38,451 nt of DNA from Octopus bimaculoides (taxonomy: Eukaryota), in assembly GCF_001194135.2 (NCBI RefSeq), contig NC_069006.1:14269801-14308251 (forward strand), read 5' to 3'. This document shows, piece after piece, positions 35,861 to 38,451 of the stretch. The notes under the pieces were generated by a model. That model was given only the letters and a program-made list of their open reading frames with translations. It was not told the origin of the DNA and ran no database searches. How positions within the stretch are numbered: position 1 is the stretch's first letter; each line of letters starts with the position of its first letter. The position numbers and the translations under genes are program-made.

Positions 35861-35998
35861 AATGGAGCCTTAATGTTAATATGCAGGCAAGAAAGGTTGA
35901 CGTAGCAGTAAGTTGGGTGAGTGGATAAGTTCTTTGGGACTAGATTTTTCCTGACTGATGTTTCTGAGTTCAATACTTGACCAAAGTGATAGCTTATC
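35861..35998 (+). repeat. 138-bp direct repeat, copy 2
   Basis: See 32824-32961. Confidence 0.95.
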
Positions 35999-36719
35999 TT
36001 TCAGCCCTTGCACTGATGCACACATCTACCGCTTCCACACTTAGATAGGACAAACATATAGCTATATAGATATTTCAAAAAATTTTAACAAAAACACAAC
36101 AAACAGAAAATTCTACAAGAAACATAACAAACAGAAAAGTCGTAGCTAATTTCTCATCAGTCAATGTCTAAAAGATCATTACAATTTCGTGCCTTTAACG
36201 CCGATATTGTTCACTCTTGGTGGTGGTGCCAGTGATGAGAAGCCACTGGGAACAGCTAATGAATGTAGAGGACAATGACGAAAACAAACAACAAAATAAA
36301 ATATACAACAAAAAAAGCTGTGTGGCTGCAAGATTGTGTGTGTGTGTGTGTGTATGCATATTAAGTAAAAGGGATTAAAAAATTCAGGTAGATATCTATA
36401 AAGCACTCAGTGTTAACCTTTAGCACACTGTAGATGCATCATGTCTATGATAGAAAAGGTTATTTATCATATACAGTTAGCACTGCTCTCTGCTGCTGCT
36501 GTTCAGAATTCACACTTGTGTTTGTTCAGGTGACAATTTTCAAGATGGCTGTGTCTATAGAATGAGATCTTACTATCCATCCTTGGATAAGATTTAGTAT
36601 TTTGTCAGCTGTATAGTTTTCTGAGTGACAGATACTCGCCCTTGCAAATCTGAATAATACAGTTGATTTACTCTGCTTGTATGATACTCAAAGTTTTAGT
36701 CAGTCAGTGCTAACAGAAC

Positions 36720-36975
36720 TCATCATCATCATCATTTAACGTCTGTTTTCCATGTTGGCATGGGTTTGATGGGTTGACTGGAACAGGTAAGCTGGAGAGC
36801 TGCACCATGGTTCCAGTCTGAATTGGCAGGGTTTCTATGGCTAGATGCCCTTCCTAAAGCCAACTGCTCCAAGAGTGTAATGGGTGCTTTTTACGTGCCA
36901 CTGGCACAGGTGCCATTTACATGACACTAGCAGTGGCTACGTCTACAATTTCCCGGGTGCCACTTACATCACACT
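36720..36975 (-). mobile_element. Family A SINE-like copy
   Basis: catcatcatcatcatttaacgtctgttttccatgttggcatggg...gggtttctatggctagatgcccttcc. Confidence 0.85.
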
Positions 36976-37049
36976 GACAATGACCTTCAAAGGTTGGCAC
37001 AAAGCCAGCAAGTTCAGAGAATGGAATGAGTCAATTATATTGACACCGG

Positions 37050-37130
37050 TGTGTAGCCAGTACTTATTTCATCGACCTTGGAGGGTGGAAAAGCAAAGCT
37101 GACTGTGGCAGAATTTGAACTCAGAATGTT
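37050..37130 (-). mobile_element. SINE family C fragment
   Basis: gtacttatttcatcgacc...ggcagaatttgaactcagaa is the reverse complement of the family C body. Confidence 0.7.
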
Positions 37131-37228
37131 TCCCGGCTCACCACCTTAGTGCTAAAACTAATATTAATAACACATATACATATGATATCCCTCCATAATG
37201 AATATATTTGCTTGCATTTGTCATTACC

Positions 37229-37364
37229 TAGGGTAGGTGTGAAAGGCCAGATATGGCCAGTTTAACCCCTTAGCGTTCAGCTATCTCTGTCAAAAGTAAT
37301 ATTTATTTATTCACATTGTACTTGAATTAACCATGCATTATCTCATAGCTTTGAGATGTCAATA
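37229..37364 (+). repeat. 136-bp copy of 34429-34564 (MITE-1 nested junction), ending at a gap
   Basis: 135/136 identical. Confidence 0.93.
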
Positions 37365-38054
37365 NNNNNNNNNNNNNNNNNNNNNNNNNNNNNNNNNNNN
37401 NNNNNNNNNNNNNNNNNNNNNNNNNNNNNNNNNNNNNNNNNNNNNNNNNNNNNNNNNNNNNNNNNNNNNNNNNNNNNNNNNNNNNNNNNNNNNNNNNNNN
37501 NNNNNNNNNNNNNNNNNNNNNNNNNNNNNNNNNNNNNNNNNNNNNNNNNNNNNNNNNNNNNNNNNNNNNNNNNNNNNNNNNNNNNNNNNNNNNNNNNNNN
37601 NNNNNNNNNNNNNNNNNNNNNNNNNNNNNNNNNNNNNNNNNNNNNNNNNNNNNNNNNNNNNNNNNNNNNNNNNNNNNNNNNNNNNNNNNNNNNNNNNNNN
37701 NNNNNNNNNNNNNNNNNNNNNNNNNNNNNNNNNNNNNNNNNNNNNNNNNNNNNNNNNNNNNNNNNNNNNNNNNNNNNNNNNNNNNNNNNNNNNNNNNNNN
37801 NNNNNNNNNNNNNNNNNNNNNNNNNNNNNNNNNNNNNNNNNNNNNNNNNNNNNNNNNNNNNNNNNNNNNNNNNNNNNNNNNNNNNNNNNNNNNNNNNNNN
37901 NNNNNNNNNNNNNNNNNNNNNNNNNNNNNNNNNNNNNNNNNNNNNNNNNNNNNNNNNNNNNNNNNNNNNNNNNNNNNNNNNNNNNNNACAAACATATATG
38001 TTACACAAATTTGTGCACTCATATGTATGTGTTTGTGTGTTTATATATATATAC

Positions 38055-38092
<38 letters not shown>

Positions 38093-38451
38093 GCTGTAAA
38101 GCATGACACGTAATGAAAGTTTGGGCTCAGTAATATGTCCTACACTCCACCCCTATACCCAGTGCTGTAATGGCATGAGACATCAAACCACGGGATGGGG
38201 CAGTGTGCAGAATATGAGCCATGTAATAGTATCAGTGGAACACAGTGAACATATAGTGTTTAGCAAAAGCACTGAAAAGGTGAATTAACAAGATAATATA
38301 ATGTTTCAACAAGCAATTATGTAATCTTGGCAGTAATTTGCCAAAACATGTGTATGTTTTATAAAAACATGAAATAACATGTTTTCAATATTTTATTGCT
38401 ACTGCTACTACAGCTGCTACTACAGCTGCTACTACTACTACTACTATATAT

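Noticed and set aside
36150-36650. Several exon-like stretches (e.g. VPSGFSSLAPPPRVNNIG and FARASICHSENYTADKILNLIQGWI on the minus strand)
   Set aside because: Competing open frames on both strands, weak splice sites, no recognisable domain.
683-38106. Long ORFs in the supplied track rich in YI, VC, HT, LSIY or X
   Set aside because: They are translations of dinucleotide or tetranucleotide microsatellites and N gaps.

Overview
Eukaryotic, very AT-rich, repeat-dense draft-assembly sequence. The SINE and MITE families and the dense TA, CA, GATA and trinucleotide microsatellites look like an octopus genome. That assignment is inferred from recalled repeat sequences, not from a search. About 4.1 kb (~11%) is N gaps. 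I found no confidently supportable protein-coding gene. Nearly all ORFs in the supplied track are microsatellite or N artefacts, and the window reads as intronic or intergenic. What can be supported: (i) several SINE-like families (my ad hoc labels A-F); (ii) TTAA-flanked piggyBac-like MITEs and hAT-type MITEs with 8-bp TSDs, several of them nested; (iii) a decayed Penelope-like (PLE) GIY-YIG endonuclease fragment at ~12515-12860 (-); (iv) a minimal PLE-type hammerhead ribozyme motif at 22023-22062 (-); (v) two near-perfect 136-138 bp local duplications about 3 kb apart; (vi) a few frame-symmetric plus-strand micro-exon candidates, which may indicate a plus-strand host gene. There is no CRISPR array, rRNA or intact tRNA gene. 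Repeat boundaries are hand-estimated (about +/-10-20 bp) unless TSD coordinates are given.
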